From NCBI GenBank assembly GCA_951406725.2, contig OX597816.1, forward strand, positions 125,550,001 to 125,614,000: a stretch of 64,000 bases of DNA. The letters are read 5' to 3'. This document shows positions 41,123-58,900 of this stretch, piece after piece (position 1 is the stretch's first letter; every line of letters begins with the position of its first letter). Position numbers and translations under genes: made by a program. The stretch comes from Octopus vulgaris. Taxonomy: Eukaryota. The notes beneath the pieces are model-generated. The model saw nothing but the letters and a program-made list of their open reading frames with translations, was not told where the DNA came from and made no database searches.

Positions 41123-44100
41123 TAAGATCAACGACGTTATTGCAGTTGTTGTGGCAAATACATTTGCTATTATTTTCCTCACCATCATCATTATTATTAA
41201 TGTAGCTATTTTTACTGTTATCCGTGTGTTGTTGTTGTATAATTAAAACAATATTTATTAGAAATAAATGGATGAAATAACTGTTCAATTTTAGGAAGCA
41301 CTGACAAGAATAAGAACGAAATCAAAAAAAATTATCATTCCTAAAATTTATACAAATGACTATACAAAGTTTTCTAAAGCTACAAGATTTTGCTTTTATG
41401 ATGGAAATACTTAATTGTGAAGTCATGCGTGACATAACTACGCACTATTTGTTTTCATTTCTTTTATGTTTTATTATACATAGCTTTAAATAAGACATTC
41501 TTCGAGTGTTCTAAAATAGACTGGCTTCTGTTCATAGAAAATCACATAGCAAATGTCAGCAGTGTAGTAAAGTAGTCAATATGCGAGAGTTGTAGCAGTC
41601 AGACTGCTGTTACCGAGGAAGAACAATCGAAGAATACTGAGACAATTACTCCTCCTACATATTGATTATAGCGTTCTATTATAGCAGCCGTTACATGACT
41701 TCAACATTCGTTAATACTGAGAAGATAGAAAGGTTAATGAAAGAATTAGGCAGATAAATTATTAGTCATTACTCTAGCACGATTCGCAAAATTACAATAG
41801 GATTATTTCAAGAAGGTTGCAGCACAACGAGACCCCGACTTTATTAGAAAAACTCTCATTCAGTCGCCTCGCTATTAACCTTGGAATATTCCACATACAA
41901 TAGTGAAATTCCCCAGTTGATTTTAGGATTTAGCTATTTGATTTATTCGTTACCTCCTAGTAATTTCCCTGTTCATGCAAATTCAGTTGATTATCTATAT
42001 TTAAGCAAAAGGTGACACTTTTTATTTGACTCTTACAAACCGGTATCAGTTCTATTTAAGAACTTCTAGACATAACAACCCCATAAATCATTGTCGACAA
42101 TTTGGGAGGAAACTGCGATACATGGGAGGCTTGTATCACTGTTATTTTTCACTGAATGATCGCTGATACTAAGTAGTTTTAATTTGGCTGTTTGTCATGC
42201 AAAACACATAGATAATAAAAAATATATACTTTTATCAGTAACTTTTATACATTATAATATATGGGTGCTGACAAAGGATAAATGAGTAAAGCCGCATCAT
42301 TTTCAAGGAAAACTTAAAATTCAAACTTTATATCCAAGTATCGATTGCTACACCAAAAATTAAAATGTTATGTCAGTGCTGCAGAAATAAAACCAGACAG
42401 CTTCTTTTTTTATTGCGTGATACCCCATGTGACGAAAATGTATGTGAACAAGTTCCATATTATTGAACTAAGCTTTAAAGTTGTTCACCTCTTTTGAATA
42501 AAGTTTTAGATAGTATATTATGATTTCAATGCAACTTTACCATAAAATGTGCATTCACGTATGTATTCAAAAAATTATTAGAGACACGCAGACAATGTGT
42601 AGTCACTGGTTTGAAACAGCAGCTTAAAAAACACTTAACTGGGGGTTTTATACTTCGTATGTAAAGGAAATATAAAATCTATATATTATACAACTCATAA
42701 AAAGTTATGAAATGTTTCATGATTTCAACACGCTTCAATATATTTGTTGAAAATTAGTAGTCTTCTAGTTATGTTCAGATAATTGTAGTTGTGGAATGAA
42801 TTTTCTTTGAATTCTTCACACATTAATTAACCTATTTATAAAATTGTTAATCACCTTTTAGACTCTTTATGCACTTGCAATTAGCTGTATTGTGTTTAAA
42901 ATGAAATCTGCAAAATTATTAACGTTAATTCAACTCAAATTATTTAAGAAAAGTTTTCAACTAATTAAACTCCTTAAAATAAAGTCTGTATTCTGAAACT
43001 GTATTTCATTTTATTTCACCACTATTGCTCTACCATTTAAAGATATTTATTTCAAAGCTGAATAAAATATTCATGAATAAAATCTTTGTGATATCTATTA
43101 AGCCATATAAGAGGATTCTTTTTTAAAGGGCTTCATCTCTATGCAGTACATTTAGGATATACCATATTCATGAGAGATTACCAAATTATCAGAGCATGGT
43201 AACGAAATATTCATTAAGTTTATAACTCACCTATTGCTTCTAATATTTAGCCTTGCGACTATCTAGTTCATCTTTACAGCTATAGAGATTGAGTTGTTCA
43301 ACCTGAAGATTATCAGATGAGGATCATAATACATAAGTGCAGCGCTGATAACACATCATGAAACGTTTATTCCTTGGTTGTACAATGCTATGGAAACTCT
43401 TAAGTATAAATTTCAATAAGTACTCAAGCCACGTACAATTCCGTAATTTTTGTATATTTGTAATGTTACTCCGTAGCAAAAGGGCAAGAAACTGAAAGAG
43501 ACAAGACCATAGCAAATTAGCCTTTTCCAGTCTTTACTCTTTACTCTTTCCGTTTCAATTCCTTGTCTTTCCGTTACAATTCCTGTCTTTACTACACTAA
43601 AGACACACCTATGCATTTTTGTACTTATGCATACATGTATACATATATACTTATACATATATGCATAAATATATGTAGGGGAGGATCGGGAAACGAACTT
43701 GTGTTTTATAAATGCCACAATTTACAAAACACTCTATCTTCATACTTACACAGTGCTAATCACCTTTTAGAAAGCATAAGTAGTTCTTTAACACATCTAA
43801 TAACTAATAACAAACCGATTATAGCAACGACTCCATCAATTCCTAGGGATATCTGAGGAAGGAATTTTATTCCGAAATATCATCAGACTATGGATCATTA
43901 AATTACAACAGGTATATATCTCATTGTTTGTATTAGAGTGCATTGATGTACCATTCGAAACATTTTATTCTTTACAAACAATACACAATCCTCAACCGAA
44001 CAACAATACTCTCTAATAACAAAGTTTCAGTATATGAAAAAGAAAATCACTCGACCGAAAATGTATAAAACCAAAGAACTAAATAAGGTCGATGTAAGAA

Positions 44101-44668
44101 TGAAAACACGCACAGTATATAAACACGATTAATCCATCCTCAGCTGTTGCATCTCTTATCTTCATGGTTTAAATACTAAAATTACTATTACTACATTTTT
44201 AAATGCTCATAATTATCCCAAAATTTATTTGTGTGCTAGTTTTCATTAAAACGGTAATGTAATGGCGGCACTGTTTAAATTTTTCAGGTTAGGAAGTTCT
44301 ACCACAGCTACCGTATTCATTTGATATATGCCTGCACAGTATTACCATTTTCGTCGCTTTCCAAAATTCTGTGAAGCGTTTCTTTAAACAACCACGTGGA
44401 GCTGAAAATATAGCTCAATGAATTCTTTGAGTGAAGACCTGGTAATTTCTACCGTCAAATCAATGACAAAATAAAGGTGGTAAGATGGCGTGAACAATGG
44501 AGATTTGCCATTGGTAATGAAAATGAAAACAAATTGGAAAAAGTGGACCCATTTATCTGACAGCCTAACACTTACATACTAATACCAACTCACACACACA
44601 AACACACACACACGTACGCACACACACACACACACACATGCACACACACACACATACACACACACACG

Positions 44669-44778
<110 letters not shown>

Positions 44779-46442
44779 GAGATACAGACAGACAGAAACA
44801 GAGACCTAGTGAGAAAAAATCCAGCATATATGTCTAGTTTGATCATGAGTCAAAGACGAGAAAAGCGCAAAAATATGAAGTGCAACAACAAAGATAGACG
44901 TATTCAATGTAAATAAATACACCAATAAAAGAAACTGATGACAATCTATCGTTTCATGTAATACGCTTTATCAAAGAGAGGGAAAAGAAATAGGCAAGGC
45001 AGTAAAATGAGAAAATATAAATATATCTATACATAAAATAAACGATACCGAATTTACATACACACGTTCATCAAAAGACATTTGTATCTAATGCAGCAAA
45101 TCCTGCAAATTTTAACACATTAAAACTTGTTTCCAGTTAGACAAATCTAAAAGCAGAATATACTTACTAAGCTTCAGAAATATTGAACTCTCTTATTTTA
45201 TTTTCATCTGACGGTTTAAAAAATTATATTTCTATAATCTATGTCATAGTTAGTGCAATATGACAACATTTTATTTTAGTTATTAATATAATTATTATAT
45301 CTGCACAATTCTGATGTTAGAACAAATATGAGCTTTCTTCTGCATAGAATTCAAATTCTTTTGGCAGTAATTTTCGAAAGTTCAAAGAGTGGAGAGCTTG
45401 GTAATGAATTTCACTTATACATAAAAATTAATTTACAGCAATCAACATGGGAACCTATATATTATAGAAACAAGTTATATACATTTCATTTAATGAAGAG
45501 AGGACTTAGGATAATATAATCATTGATATATTATGTATGAAAATAAGATGTGATGGTGGTAACTGGAAAGTTTTTCACCATAGGTCTATCCACTGATGAG
45601 TAACCTGAATCTAAACAACAACGTATATGTAACATTTCTTATATAACGTTATGTTGAATCCTATCGGCAACGAAAATAGCCAGTTTCTTTTTAGGATGAT
45701 TATACAGTCACCATAATAATTTAATGCTCAGTAAAAATGTTATTTGGGTTATCAACCAATAAATCACAATTTCACATTGGTTCATTTTATCAGTGTCAAT
45801 GTAGGCAAGACTAACATCTTCTTGATGACTTAATTTTAACTTTCGAATGGAATACGAAATAGATTAAAAACTATAAATGATGTCCGTATATTCAACCGTC
45901 CAAAGAAAGGGAGCCCAAAATCGTTTGTGTTAATATATATTTCTTTATTGCCCACAGGGGGATAAAACCTAAAATCGTCTGAGTTAATATAAACGAATGA
46001 GAGTAGAAATTATTGTTCTGGTGTTCTAATAACCCAATATATAGAAGTATTATCATTCGTATGTAACTTTCTGGTTGCAGTATTAAATGCGTTTTAAGAC
46101 AAAGTGGTTTTACAGAAATACTAACTATTTGATCTTGTAAAGGACTGGGATGAAAAATAATCGCTAAAATTATTTCATTTCATACTGCTTTAATAACGGA
46201 AATAGGACCGAACATATAAGTGTATGCATATAGGCATAGTACACACACACACAAATACCTATGAATTAATATACACGTTTATGTATGCATATATATGTAT
46301 ATACATTATGTATATATATACATATACGTATGTATATATACACATATATGTATATACATATATATATGTGTGTGTGTAGGTATACATGTTTTTATATATA
46401 ATATATATATGAATGTATGTATATATACATATGTATATATAT

Positions 46443-46494
<52 letters not shown>

Positions 46495-47182
46495 TATTTT
46501 GAGACGGTCATGTCACCATGTTATCAATAGCAATTCACACTGAATACATTTTTGCATCATCTTTTTATTGTGATCATTCAAATTATTAAATACTTAGCAA
46601 TGGTTAACTTTGTCATAGTCTTTACATCATTGTCTTCCATGTTATCCATTACATGCCTTCATATCTTCATCTTCCCTATTTCTCTTACAAGTTAGATTCT
46701 TGGTGTTTTCCCTGGATATTTGGAACGTGTGTGAGTGCATACGTATTTCATTTTTAGTAGGAGCACTTTCGTTTGTCATATAAGTGATATCTACCATTAT
46801 ATATAATTTGAACATTGATTTTCTTCGTACATTTTACTTCCAATAGATATATCTTTTTCCAAGCCTTCAAGCTTTTAGTTAATTCACATATCGCTCTATA
46901 TTTCTCCTTTATTAGTTTTCTGCTTATTTATTTCCTTTACCCATCTTCTTTCTATAGGCTACGTTTGACGTTATATCCTCTAACGGCTTTTTTAAAAAAA
47001 CTTAATAGCGTTCCGTTCAGCATTATACATATCCATCACATTTGGTTAAAATGTCTTATTGATGAGTTTGGTTTATTTCTTTCATTCCCTGATGAGAAGA
47101 TTACGTTGTTTTACACCATTTTATTCCTTTGGAATAATACCAATGTTGTCTTCCAAACATGTGTCGGAAGTAAAAGAATTTG

Positions 47183-47220
<38 letters not shown>

Positions 47221-47257
47221 GTGTGTGTGTGTATACATAGACATATATACACACACG

Positions 47258-47330
<73 letters not shown>

Positions 47331-47537
47331 CAAAAGAGGAGGTGTATTTCCACGCAGGAAAAAGTATAGGAAAATTCGTTCTTGAAAATGCGCCTAAATT
47401 TGAAAAATTTCAAATTGTTTCTAAATAAAAATATTGTTGAAACTAGTTTGGTATATATGTAAATAAATTTATTGAAAATCAATTACAAGTGTTTCAAATC
47501 TTGGTGAGTTTTCAACCACGAATTCGCCTATATATAT

Positions 47538-47574
<37 letters not shown>

Positions 47575-47577
<3 letters not shown>

Positions 47578-47800
47578 GTGGACGTAAATACCAACGTTGG
47601 CTTTCAAGTGGTGGGGGGAAAAATACAGACTTACAGACACAAACATACTCTCACACACACACATATATATATGTATATACATACATATATACATACATAC
47701 GACGAGCTTTGAGTTTTCGTCTATTAAATCCACTCAGATGGCTTTGGTTGCCCGAGGTAGAGGAGAAGACACTTGCCCAGGTTTCCACGCAATGGGACTT
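47575..47800 (-). mobile_element. decayed SINE family A
   Basis: AAATCCACTCA..GAAGACACTTGCCCAGG..CCACGCAATGGGACT. Confidence 0.7.
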
Positions 47801-49194
47801 AATTACATAATCTCATCTATGTGGCTAATAGTTGATCCTTCAAGCATAAAGATCTTAAGGTTTCCAAGAGAAGAAACGCACATTATCATTTTTAAACTCT
47901 TCGCGATAAAATGTTTTCCTTTCAAATAATGATCTGAAAAGATGATAGTCAGATGAAACAAGCTAAGGAGAGTGAGGCCGATGAGACAAAACTTCCATAT
48001 TTAGTAACATTATGTCTTTCTGTGGGACTAGAGCAATAAGTAAACTTCCATTTTCATGTAATAATAGCAACATTTTGCAATTGACCAGTGATAGGTGCTT
48101 TTACTGCAAAGTTTTGTGACGACAACACTTCTCTTCCTTCTTTCGTTTTGATATAATATTTCATGATAGAGGACACCCTTCAAATCTCTATATTTATGTA
48201 TTCTGCTCTTTTACTTTTGATAGGACTTTTTGCTGGTTTATTGATATTTCCTTCATGAATGTTATTAAGTAAACTCTCATGTATATTCGTTTGACTGCTA
48301 ATAGCGCATGAATGTTGGTTTCTTTCATTTATATTAATTCTAGTGTTCTGCTACCCTCTCTACTAGTCGGCGGATGATTTCCTCTACACAACTTCAAGTG
48401 TTGTTCTTGATTGTGCCCCTCCCCTGCATCCCATATGGTATACTTCATTTCTAATTCTACAATTTAATTTTAGATTCAAACTATCCAGGCACTAGTAACT
48501 TTATTATTGGATCCTGGAATCATCGGGCTACTGCATTCTTGCAAAACTGATTTTTTTTTCATTAATGGGACGCAGAAAAGAAAGTGATTTGCTTGTTGAG
48601 GGTTTTCTGTTATTTTTATTTTAATGATACTGTTTTGAGTTTCAGCATGCGTGGGTCTTAAGTTGCAGCTGATTTGGTAAGTAATGTTTGATTCTGATTT
48701 TGTAACGAGAAAAAATAACAACTATAATTAAATTAAGGAGGCCAAGATTCTGTGTTCTGTGAATAGGTACAAGTCAAAACAACTGAGCTGGCTTCAAATT
48801 TTATTCGCGAAAGAAATATTCATTGATGCAAATTTTGTCTATATACGGAGGTGACTAAGTAGTCTGATGAAGATAATGCTCACTTTTGGAACTAACAATT
48901 TTAAGGTAGATAAATTAATTTATGGAAGTGAAATTCAAGTGTTATATAAATTTAGGAAATAGAATGGTGGTATCTAGATAGATTGATAATTAATAAAAAG
49001 GCGTAGAGAATGAAGAGAGGAATATGTGTGAAGAGTGGGAGGTAAGATTGAAGGATGTATTAACATTCTATGAAATTTTTGACATATAGACAGAAAAATA
49101 TATGTGTCCGTATATATATATGTGGTATACGTACACCACATATATGTAAGCTGTATATGGTATGCCATATGCACATATATGGTGTATATGTATA

Positions 49195-49244
<50 letters not shown>

Positions 49245-49315
49245 AAAGTTTACGAAAAAAACACGATTATATTTAGAGAAAGAGAGTCGCATACACACAC
49301 ACACATATACACACG

Positions 49316-49359
<44 letters not shown>

Positions 49360-50059
49360 CAAAACGAAGCTGCATAGATATGATGAGCATTTTAGAAAGT
49401 AATTCTAAGATCTCTCTAAATACTCAGTAAGAGGTACAGATATTCTTCTGCACAATCTCCGATTGACCAATGATTTATGAATAAAGTTTTGTAGTCGCTC
49501 GTGCATTTCGTGTGGAAGACAAAAGCTGTGCTAATGACACCTATTGACCAAAGTCACGTTTCTGAAGATCTCTTCTTTTTTTCCAGACAATCATATTGTT
49601 GTTTTTTTTACTTCAATGGCATATCAGATTTAAAGAATTGTATTTTCTCGGGACTATTTGACCTCCTCATTTTTAGTTCGTGTGTGTATTTCATATACAT
49701 TCATTCGTTTTTTTTAATATATTTTGTTTTATATGTGTCTATCTAGTCTTTTAAATGTATATGCGCACAAGTGGATCTGGGTGTGGGATGAGTGTGTGTG
49801 TGAGTGCATGTCCCCTTAATAAAGTGTTGCACCACAACAGCAAGATCGTGGTTTCAATTCCAGGACTGGGTGGTATATTGTGTTCTTGAGCAAAACACTT
49901 CATCTCACGTTGCTGCAATCACTTCGACACATGGCATGTGGTACAACGGGGATCTTCGATTTGATAGAGAGGGTAAGATAATGGACAGAACATACATTTG
50001 ATAACTATAAACAAACGATCGTGCAGGTTGTTCCTTCTCAGACTACCAGAGACTACCAT

Positions 50060-50113
<54 letters not shown>

Positions 50114-50115
<2 letters not shown>

Positions 50116-51301
50116 GGGTTGGCAACTACGTTACCGCCGTTTTTTTAAATTTAAAGTATTATAAGGTTTAATAAAAAAAAAATAACTAATTAATCAATAT
50201 TGTATTCACCCTTGTTGTTTACAACTTGTTCCCAACGTTCAACAAGATTTTCAATACCTCGTTGGTAGAAATCACCCGATCTAGACTCGAAAAATTGATC
50301 CAACCAAGCTCTCAATTCTGCATCAGTATTGAGCGAAATTCCGCGCATAGTATTTCAAAGAGATCGAAAGAGGTGCTAAATCAGGAGAGTACGGCGGCTG
50401 TGGCAGCACCTCCCAGCCATGCGTTTGAATGGCTTCCTTGGTCATATTGGCGATATGAGAGTGGGCGTTGTCGTGCAGCAGAAGAACTCTATGCTGCTGA
50501 TTAGGTCTTTTCTCTTGAATATCTCTGTTGAGTCGTTCCATCTGCTGAGCATAGAGTTCCGTGTTGACCGTTTGGTTCCGTTCAAGCAATTAGTAATGGA
50601 TAATCTCTTCCCAGTCCCACCATAGGCACAACATCGTTTTACGCGGACTAAGATCTTGTTTCACGCGCGGTGTCGCTTGTTTACCGGGGCGAAACCATTC
50701 CTTACACTGCTTCATATTGATGTTCAGGCACCATTTTTCACCACCAGTAACGATTCGGTAAAGAAATCGTTGCTTATCTCCATGAGTTGAGCGGTGACGA
50801 GCAAGCAAACCAACGGAGATTGTGGCTCGTTGATTTTTGTTGTTGTCACTTAAAGTATGCGGAACCCATGCTCCATACTTCTGAACCTTTCCATCGAGTG
50901 AAGATGCTTCTCAATAGCAGTGTGGGAACATTGAATTTTCTCTGTCAGTTCCCTTGTTGTTTGACGAGAATTTTCGTGCAAAAGTTGGTTTACTCACTTT
51001 TCATCGAACTCAACTGGACGGCCAGAACGAGGTGCGTCTTTGAGGTTAAAATTTCCATTTTACCAATCACGAGCGGTTCTTTCAGCTATGGCACCCTCTC
51101 CATACACAACACAAATGTCGCAAGCAGCTTTTGCGCGGCCTTAGAACCTTGTTTAAAAGCAAAAAGAAGGTGTCGAAAACGCTCGTTTTTCTTAACTTGA
51201 CATTCCATTTTGATGATCTGAAAATACACAAAAAAAAAATAGATTCCAAAATTTAAAAACGCAATAAATTCCAAAATTTAAAAAAAGCGGCGGGAACTTA
51301 G

Positions 51302-51302
<1 letters not shown>
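50114..51302 (-). mobile_element. mariner transposon (cecropia/Hsmar1-like), frameshifted, in (TA)n
   Basis: MECQVKKNERFRHLLFAF, WVPH, RIVTGGEKW, LLLHDNA, PPYSPDLAP; TIRs ACTACGTTACCGCCG / CGGCGGGAACTTAGT. Confidence 0.93.
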
Positions 51303-51358
<56 letters not shown>

Positions 51359-51359
51359 T

Positions 51360-51480
51360 GTGAAGGCTTAGTGGTATTCGGGTCCTGGTTGCTCGTTGTG
51401 TCCTTAAGCAAGACACTTTATTTCTCGTTGCTCCTGTCCACTCAGTTGGCAAAATAAGTTGTAACTGTCTTCCAAAGGAC
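51360..51480 (+). mobile_element. CORE-like SINE fragment
   Basis: TGTGTCCTTAAGCAAGACACTTTATTTCTCGTTGCTCC. Confidence 0.6.
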
Positions 51481-51570
51481 TATCCTTGTCATATACTGTG
51501 TCGTGTGCGTCTGTCACTTGCACTTTATTTACATGAGTAGGCTGTTTCGTCGTCACAGACGGAGTGCCAG

Positions 51571-51606
<36 letters not shown>

Positions 51607-51648
51607 TATAGTCAAAAATTGTGAAGCATGACTGTCAACACTACTACA

Positions 51649-51693
51649 TGAACCCGAAGATTGCAGAATTCAATGCATGAAAGTACTAGTTCA
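51649..51693 (+). ncRNA. hammerhead-like motif (CCGAAGA core) in a ~250-bp insert between (TA)n tracts
   Basis: UGAAC-CCGAAGA-U-UGCA..UGCA-U-GAAA-GUAC-UA-GUUCA; palindromic stem III AGUACU. Confidence 0.6.
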
Positions 51694-51855
51694 ATCAGAG
51701 TGAATATTTAACATTCTACTATTTCATTTTATTTTATTCAATTATAATATATTATCTTATAATATATCATTATAAGATTGTAAATAAAACGTGAAAATCA
51801 GACAAGGTTGGAATTCTTTTTATTAATATATTCTTCTATACACAATCACACACAC

Positions 51856-51947
<92 letters not shown>

Positions 51948-51971
51948 CTATATATATATATATATATATAT

Positions 51972-52230
51972 ATCTATAAAATAATATGTTACATTACTCG
52001 ATAGTCACGATAAAACTCTGAGTTTCAGATGCCGAAGTGGGATTCCGGAACGCCATCTCTTCGGTTATCTGGCTATTATCCCACACCCAGATCCACTTCG
52101 GCATCTGAAACTCAGAGTTTTATCTTGACTATCGAGTAATGTAACATATTATTTTATAGATAAATTTCCTCTATTTACATAATATTGAGGTCTCTTTCTT
52201 TCTTTTGTTATCTTACCGTTTTACCAATAT
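51972..52230. mobile_element. fold-back non-autonomous Penelope-like element in (TA)n
   Basis: 69-bp inverted arms 51972-52040 / 52093-52161 with one mismatch. Confidence 0.8.
52009..52069 (-). ncRNA. hammerhead-like motif (CCGAAGA core)
   Basis: minus: GAUAA-CCGAAGA-GAUGGCG..CGGCAUC-U-GAAA-CUCAGAG-UU-UUAUC. Confidence 0.6.
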
Positions 52231-52251
52231 ATATATATATATGTATGTATA

Positions 52252-54930
<2,679 letters not shown>

Positions 54931-55190
54931 GGGTCGCTATTCGCAATTTACATTCGAAAGGCAACAAGTATAGACGTCACCAACGTGATGGAGGGTTCTA
55001 GTTAGCACCAGCATTGCTAGAAATAAGAGTCACAACAACCCTTAGCCACGTGAGAACACTTTTCTAACGAATGACAAGGGAAGCAAGCTCCCTACGGCAA
55101 GCGAAATTGAGTCATATCGGCACTGATTTAAGATTTGATTAATTTTCATCAGTGACCCATTACACCGTCACCGAGGGTTATGTATATATC

Positions 55191-55235
<45 letters not shown>

Positions 55236-55399
55236 CTGGAAATTGTGTTTGGTAAGCGACAGACTACGCTGATGATCTTGCAGATGTCTACGTGTTTATA
55301 TACGTAGGTAATCGATTTTATTTCGTATGTTTTCATTTGTCTTGCTCATTTTTTGAGAACACATTCTTCGTGTTAATGGCTATTTGACATCTATGTTTA

Positions 55400-55810
55400 G
55401 CATATGGAGTGTCCGCTTTCCTCATGCACATATGTATCAACTTCCTCATCTGCCATAAACGCTTGAAACATTTGTGCTATCTACGAAGAAATCGCCATTA
55501 CCGCAGGAACTACGCAAAAATGGTTTTTAGTTCCAAATGAGGGGAAATTCAACCCTGTGCAAATGTGCATATGTTCAGTTCAATGAGAATTTTTTTTGAA
55601 CTCGCATCCACGAGGATCCGCGCTAATCCACTTAGAAATACTTGAAAACAACGACACGGTCAATGCAGAGCTTTACATTCAACGAATGTACCGGCTTAAC
55701 GAGGCAATCCAGCTGAAACGACCCGGGAAAAGACGCGATAAAACACTCCTCTACTTTGCTAATTTGATAGAGAATGTTATTCAAGAGAATGTTATTCAGG
55801 CACTAAGACA
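55400..55810 (+). mobile_element. mariner fragment
   Basis: IHLEILENNDTVNAELYIQRMYRLNEAIQLKRP, homologous to LERNQTVNTELYAQQMERLNRDIQEKRP at 50.5 kb. Confidence 0.8.
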
Positions 55811-55845
55811 GGCAGGCAGACGATAACACAGACATAATAAAGAAT

Positions 55846-55944
<99 letters not shown>
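55846..55944. repeat. (GATA)n microsatellite
   Basis: direct reading. Confidence 0.97.
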
Positions 55945-58900
55945 TTGAGTAAAGGAACTGATATGAAAAGCTAAGCGATTATGTCTCCTTAATCTACAAA
56001 ATTTCTGCTCTTCAGAAACTTTCGATAACCAATTTGAATGTCATGTGGCATACAATTCTGGCCAAAAATATAATCATGTAAAATATGGCATAGAGTGCAA
56101 GTATTAAGTCTAAGTTTATCATCCACTGTAGAGTATGCTGGGGGGAAAGCGAAGTAAAATATCGAAGTTTCACTGTCGAAACTGAAGATGTTCAATCTAT
56201 TAAAAGAATCTGTTTTTCTCTTCGTATCGATTTTATCATGTTATTTTAAATTTCCTTGCGCTGAGATATTTCTTTCAAAATCTCAACATATTCCATAAAG
56301 CACCATGAATAAATATCAAATACATTTTGTCATGAATGGAAGATAAATCCCAGAATATTACACTAATCTCTTGGAATGCAAATCGTGTGTATTGCTGGAA
56401 GTATGACATACAAATGCAGTGATGTAGAATATAAATAAGTTTAGGTGAGTTCAGAGCTCAATGAGTTTTTGATTCTTATGAAACCCTGCCATTAATACGT
56501 TTAGAGAGGACACGAAAATCAACGTTTTAGTTTTTCTCACGTAAAGAAACGGATTTTTGTGTGTGCATGTATATATATGAATGTGTGCATGTATATATAT
56601 GAATGTGTGCATATATGGGGTGTGTACACGTGTGTGCGTGTGTAGTGCCTTACAAAATTAGTGCTTTCAACTATTTTTTTATAGGTCGCTGTTGCTGGCT
56701 AGTTCATACATGTGGGTGGCGAAGCGGAAATCAGTTTTCCTGTGTGACTTTTTTCTGACAGAACACGCTGTCTATCACCAAGAGTTCTGCTGGATGTCTT
56801 CGTGGCTACCCACGGGAGCTAGGTGAATTTCAGCTTCAAACCTAAAGTAAGAGAAGATAACGTGGGATCCAGAGAATAACTTGCGATAACGTGGACCTAG
56901 AAATACGTCTTACCTGATATTCCGTAACACTTATCATTTAATGCTCTTTATCGGACGAAAAAGGCTAGGAATACACTTTTGGGGAAAAAAAACCTGTGGC
57001 ACTCATTTTTGCAGCAATTTTCAAAAGACTGGATTTTTGGCATCCTTCTTCAGTTGTATGGAAGTTTTGGACACTCTTCTCACTGAATCTATTTTCTTCA
57101 TGACGAAGACAGTGGTACTTGGAAACATGCATCCTCAAAGCGACTATAAAACTTCAGTTCACAGGTATTAATTTTCTCTTGCGGTATGGACCATAGATCA
57201 AAGGTTTTGTATCTCTAACATATTTCGTGATAATGGATAACCTAGTAACGGAAATAGGTTTGATTGTGCTAAAACATTTTTACGCCAATAAACATATATT
57301 TCAATAAGTTGAAATATATGTTTATTAGTAACTAGGATTCAATGCGAACAGCACCAGGAAAGACCTAAAGAGAAAGGCTAAAGAAATATAGTACAAGAAC
57401 CGTTCTTTCATCTTAATTTTTGAATAGGAACTACGGTTCTCGAGACATTACACTATACCAATTTCTTATTGTACTTGAAAGAAATACATGACCTCATGAA
57501 TGCATCCCAAATGCAACCTCTCCCATTATGGTTACGCTGGTCGATCTCAGCGATGTTTTGCTTGTTCCTGCAATGAGGTAGGCCGAGATTATCACTTAAT
57601 ATTAACATAGGTTAAAATACACTTCTTACAATGCTAAAATGTACTAGACATCAAGAACTTCAGTTGCTATAAGTTCTAAAATACTGATTTTTATAAGAAC
57701 TATCATCACTTCCCGGCTACCAAATTAGAAACTTCAGATGCACTATCACCAGGTTTAGTGGCAAATGGTCTTCCATATGATTTCCATTCTGCAATAGAAG
57801 CATTGATTTATAAAAGAAGAAGACATTAGAACTTGTTTTATGAGAATTCTAGTAAGTTCAAAAATCTCTTGAATGACTTGCACAAAACTCACAGAGTAAC
57901 TTTAAACAATTTCTCAACACACACTATAAAAAAAACAGTAGAGTGCTCTTCGCGAGTGAAGTTCTATCCACACTTAGTGAGTTGTAAGTTGAAGAAATTC
58001 AGGTGCTGAATACATGCATCACATGCATAAAATCTATGATGTCAATAAAGACTATGACTCAGCGAATTTTTCGGTGGCGGCAGGGAAGTCATCAAACATC
58101 ACTTCCCGACAGAAAGATTGGTTATTAATAGATGCATATAAGAAGAACACTCACTCCAGCCAGCTTGTAAACTTGTCTACTCTGCAGTCATTGAGAAATC
58201 ATGTAAAATCTTGACGAACGACAAACATTGGATGTTACAAATCGTGAGGTATAAAGATAACTCTTAGCTAGAACAATATTCTAGCAGACATCCTTTTAAT
58301 GTTGAACTATATAATCCTTGTTTTACGCATAAACATGGGATCAGGTGCAATGTATCTCAACGTTGGAAAAGTGTTAATATCGTTAACATCAACAAGAACA
58401 GAGGGCACAATCCTTCTTTCTCCCAACAATAGAAGTGTAGCTCTCTTATTCATTGTTAGGAGTGTTTTAACCAAGGTCATTCCTAAAAGACCTGTCCAGT
58501 CAGTGGCCCCTGAAGGGGTCAAGGCAAAGTATAAATATTTGTTGCAATGCAAGAAAATACCCTATGAATGTGTTCAATGCATTTGTGTAGCTATTAAAAG
58601 CTACTAACACAGTAAACAAGGGACATATTTGGGATATTCTCAGAAAGTTCAGTTGTTCAACAAAATTTCTAACTCTTCTACGCCTGTTCCACACAAAGAT
58701 TATGCCTCGAAATTTTATTGGAAGTCTATAAAGCTGAGCTTTCTACTGTGTAACCATTTATCAGACAAGATTGCATGTTTCTTTCTGTGTTCTCAAGCAT
58801 TACTTTTCAATTATGTTGACCACATTATTACGCGAAAACATAGAAAAGGCGAATCATTGTAAACTTTCGAGTCGACAGGAAACTTATTTATCATTTGAAG

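Noticed and set aside
45586-45700. CTGATGAG...GAAA with an internal hairpin as another hammerhead
   Set aside because: the base of stem II and stem I pair poorly; at best a decayed relic
47329-47528. Insert between (TA)n tracts with GAAACTAGTT palindrome
   Set aside because: no recognisable CUGANGA core or stem I
55262-55330. CTACG-CTGATGA plus hairpin next to (TA)n
   Set aside because: no GAAA or stem III downstream; possibly truncated but unsupported
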